NCBI RefSeq assembly: GCF_003918875.1
Contig: NW_025767309.1
Coordinates: 558,001 to 622,000, forward strand
DNA from: Haliotis rubra
Taxonomy: Eukaryota
Reading direction: 5' to 3'
Length of the DNA stretch: 64,000 nt
Below are positions 61,767 to 64,000 of this stretch, in pieces. The translations under genes were made by a program, and so were the position numbers. The notes under the pieces are model-generated. The model had not been told where the DNA came from. It worked only from the letters and a program-made list of their open reading frames with translations, and searched no databases. Numbering within the stretch: position 1 is the first letter of the stretch; the number at the start of each line of letters is the position of its first letter.

Positions 61767-64000
61767 ACTACACCATGATATCTGTCTTTCAGCTTAACCA
61801 GTTATATGTATTCAAGTGCTGGAAAGAATATATGCCCCTATCTGGATGTAACACACTGACTTTGACTACCTTAGGGAAGGACAAATAGAAACAATGTTTC
61901 AGTGAATCAGTTTATTGTTTAGTTTGAATATTTTTTCTCACCGCGATTTGTGTTTGTAGGAGTCCAATGAACACACTATTTTGATAATAAATTATCTAAA
62001 CAGCCATGTGTTTATAATCTCACCCTCTCGTACAAAGGACATACTCCCCATGAACCGAATCTATATGTTTTCATGGCCTGATTTGGCGGAAGGTTGCTGT
62101 CAAAAGGTTGTGCACTTTGAGCTTACATTGTTTTCCATAGTTGTGATGATGACATGTTTATAAACATGCCACATCACCAGGGCTCAACCCACACAAAGCT
62201 CCTTTAGAGCTAAATAGCTTGGGCCCCATACTTTACCATAGTCACCAACCAGCAGTCTCTCTACCCTCGTATAGCAGCGCGGAGGAAAATATGTTTTCTC
62301 TTTATAAAACGGGAGTGAGTGAGTGAGTGTGGTTTTACGCCATTTTTCGCAGTATACAATCAATATCACGGCGGGGGACACCAGAAACAGACTTCACACA
62401 TTGTACCTAGGTGGGGAGTCGAACCCGGGTCTTCAACCTGACGAGCGGACGCTTTTACAATAAGGCTACCCAGCGGCCTGCAAGTAATAGAGTCTGAAAA
62501 CACAAGTGATGCATACTGTGATCAACTTCAATAAAACTAAAAGCTGAATATTGTTCGTACGGTATAATTACAAAAGTTAGAAACATGAAAATATCGTGAT
62601 ACATTAAATATTCGCAGAAGAAAACGAATTGTTTTTATTCTCTCTCTCTGGTTGTACGTGCTTTGTGAAAATGACCTAAATTGGAAACGGCTCGTTGCCC
62701 TGCCAACGTGACCTCTCTCAAGGCCCCGACAATATCTTTACATGAGTGTGAATGTGTCATCAGTTCGTAACTGTCGGATGTTACAAATTGTGTCAGATTA
62801 TGTCCAACAGGTTGGGCGAGTTCAGTGGTGACTTCTTACAACTTTACAATAATACTCTTTACGGAATCTATAACAATACGCAAGCAATTGGAAATGATTA
62901 ACTTCGTGCCAAAACGTGCAAATGGTAATCTTTTGAAAACTAGCACGGTATAAGTTAGCCTTGCTCCAAGGCTTTACTGAATGCTAAACCCATGGATGTA
63001 TAGTAATTCTATCCTTCGAAGAGGCAATAGATAAGATAAGCGGACCCCAGCCTGTATTTATGATTTTTAATAGAAATTTTCATTTAAACTAGTAATTATT
63101 ACCTTAGAGACTTGAGCAAGTCAAGGTATAAGTGTACACACTAACACAGTCCGCACCCCCTTTATGTGCAATAGCAGGTCCCGTAGACTGGCGACAATGA
63201 AACAAGTTTGCCCCGGTCCTATGTCAACATGATCTGTCCGGATGGGGCGCGGTACTGTTTACGTGAGCTGGATCCTGTCTCTCATATCGCAATATAACCG
63301 ACTCTTAGCTTTGGCGCAGGTTGACGCGCGCAAAGGGAGCTGGGAACCAGCATAATTATTAAACGTCAACAGGCAATGGTGACGTCATTTGAACTTTATT
63401 GTGAGCAGGTGCCTTCTGGGAACCCACTAATGAAGATTGTACGGTCAGAGTTAGGTTTGTTTGTTTGAGGGTTGACTGTGTACTTTTCCCCCTGTTCATT
63501 TTGACGTGTAAATCGAAAAACCCATATGCAAACTGTATAACCAACGGGGCCTGTTATAACCCCGATAGAATCTCGAATGGCTGTGTCAATGGCTTATTTC
63601 TATGCTCATTCGTTTAGCCACCGGTTTGAATACACATGACTCGTTTATTTACACAACCCCGTGATATGGTTGAAATGTTTTTGACTGCATTGATAAAAAG
63701 ACAAGTAGGCCTACGCAACGTACGCTTCAACAAAGATACATACACTGTACCATTCCGTGGGCTATTACGTATGCCACGACCCCTAAGTCAGGTAACACCC
63801 GTCTATGTCAGATACATGACATCCATCCGATGGCCAAGGGCAACCCTCCGACCAGGGTCAAGGCGACCTCAGGTTGCGGTGTCAACTTCTCAGGTCAGTG
63901 CCGGATAATCCGTATATCCGTAACTCTACTCATGGATGACCGATCAGTTGTGGGTCAGTCGGCACGCTAGTTCCGTATAACCCACATATGGTTATATGAC

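Noticed and set aside
62640-64000. CpG-rich stretch and ORF 63636-63908 as a gene start
   Set aside because: It may be a promoter or repeat of a neighbouring locus, but no recognisable protein, paired splice sites or element termini lie within the window.

Overview
Eukaryotic, intron-rich, AT-rich animal DNA. The repeat content and gene style suggest a mollusc, probably a gastropod such as abalone (inference only). Genes in order: (1) the 5' two exons of POLR2E/RPB5 on the minus strand, head-to-head with (2) a six-exon GPX4/PHGPx selenoprotein gene, copy A (2336-7794). Its Sec exon is scrambled and exon 4 has a +1 C, so it is either an assembly artefact or a young pseudogene. (3) A mariner element whose DNA-binding ORF is intact while the catalytic half has decayed, head-to-head with (4) an intact second GPX4, copy B (23795-41632, 173 aa, Sec TGA at 37133). 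(5) A nucleoredoxin-like NXNL2/RdCVF-type gene on the minus strand (WCPPC), divergent from (6) an uncharacterised ~1100-aa seven-exon gene. Both GPX4 copies carry a type II SECIS inside a 200-nt block that is 99% identical, although the two coding exons compared base by base are only 67-74% identical. The rest is SINEs of at least four families, Kolobok/PIF/hAT/MULE-type MITEs, Tc1 elements, a LINE and minisatellites. There is also a TSD-flanked 295-bp tandem array with a hammerhead-ribozyme-like motif at each junction, resembling a retrozyme or Penelope-dependent element. All calls were made by eye with no database searches.
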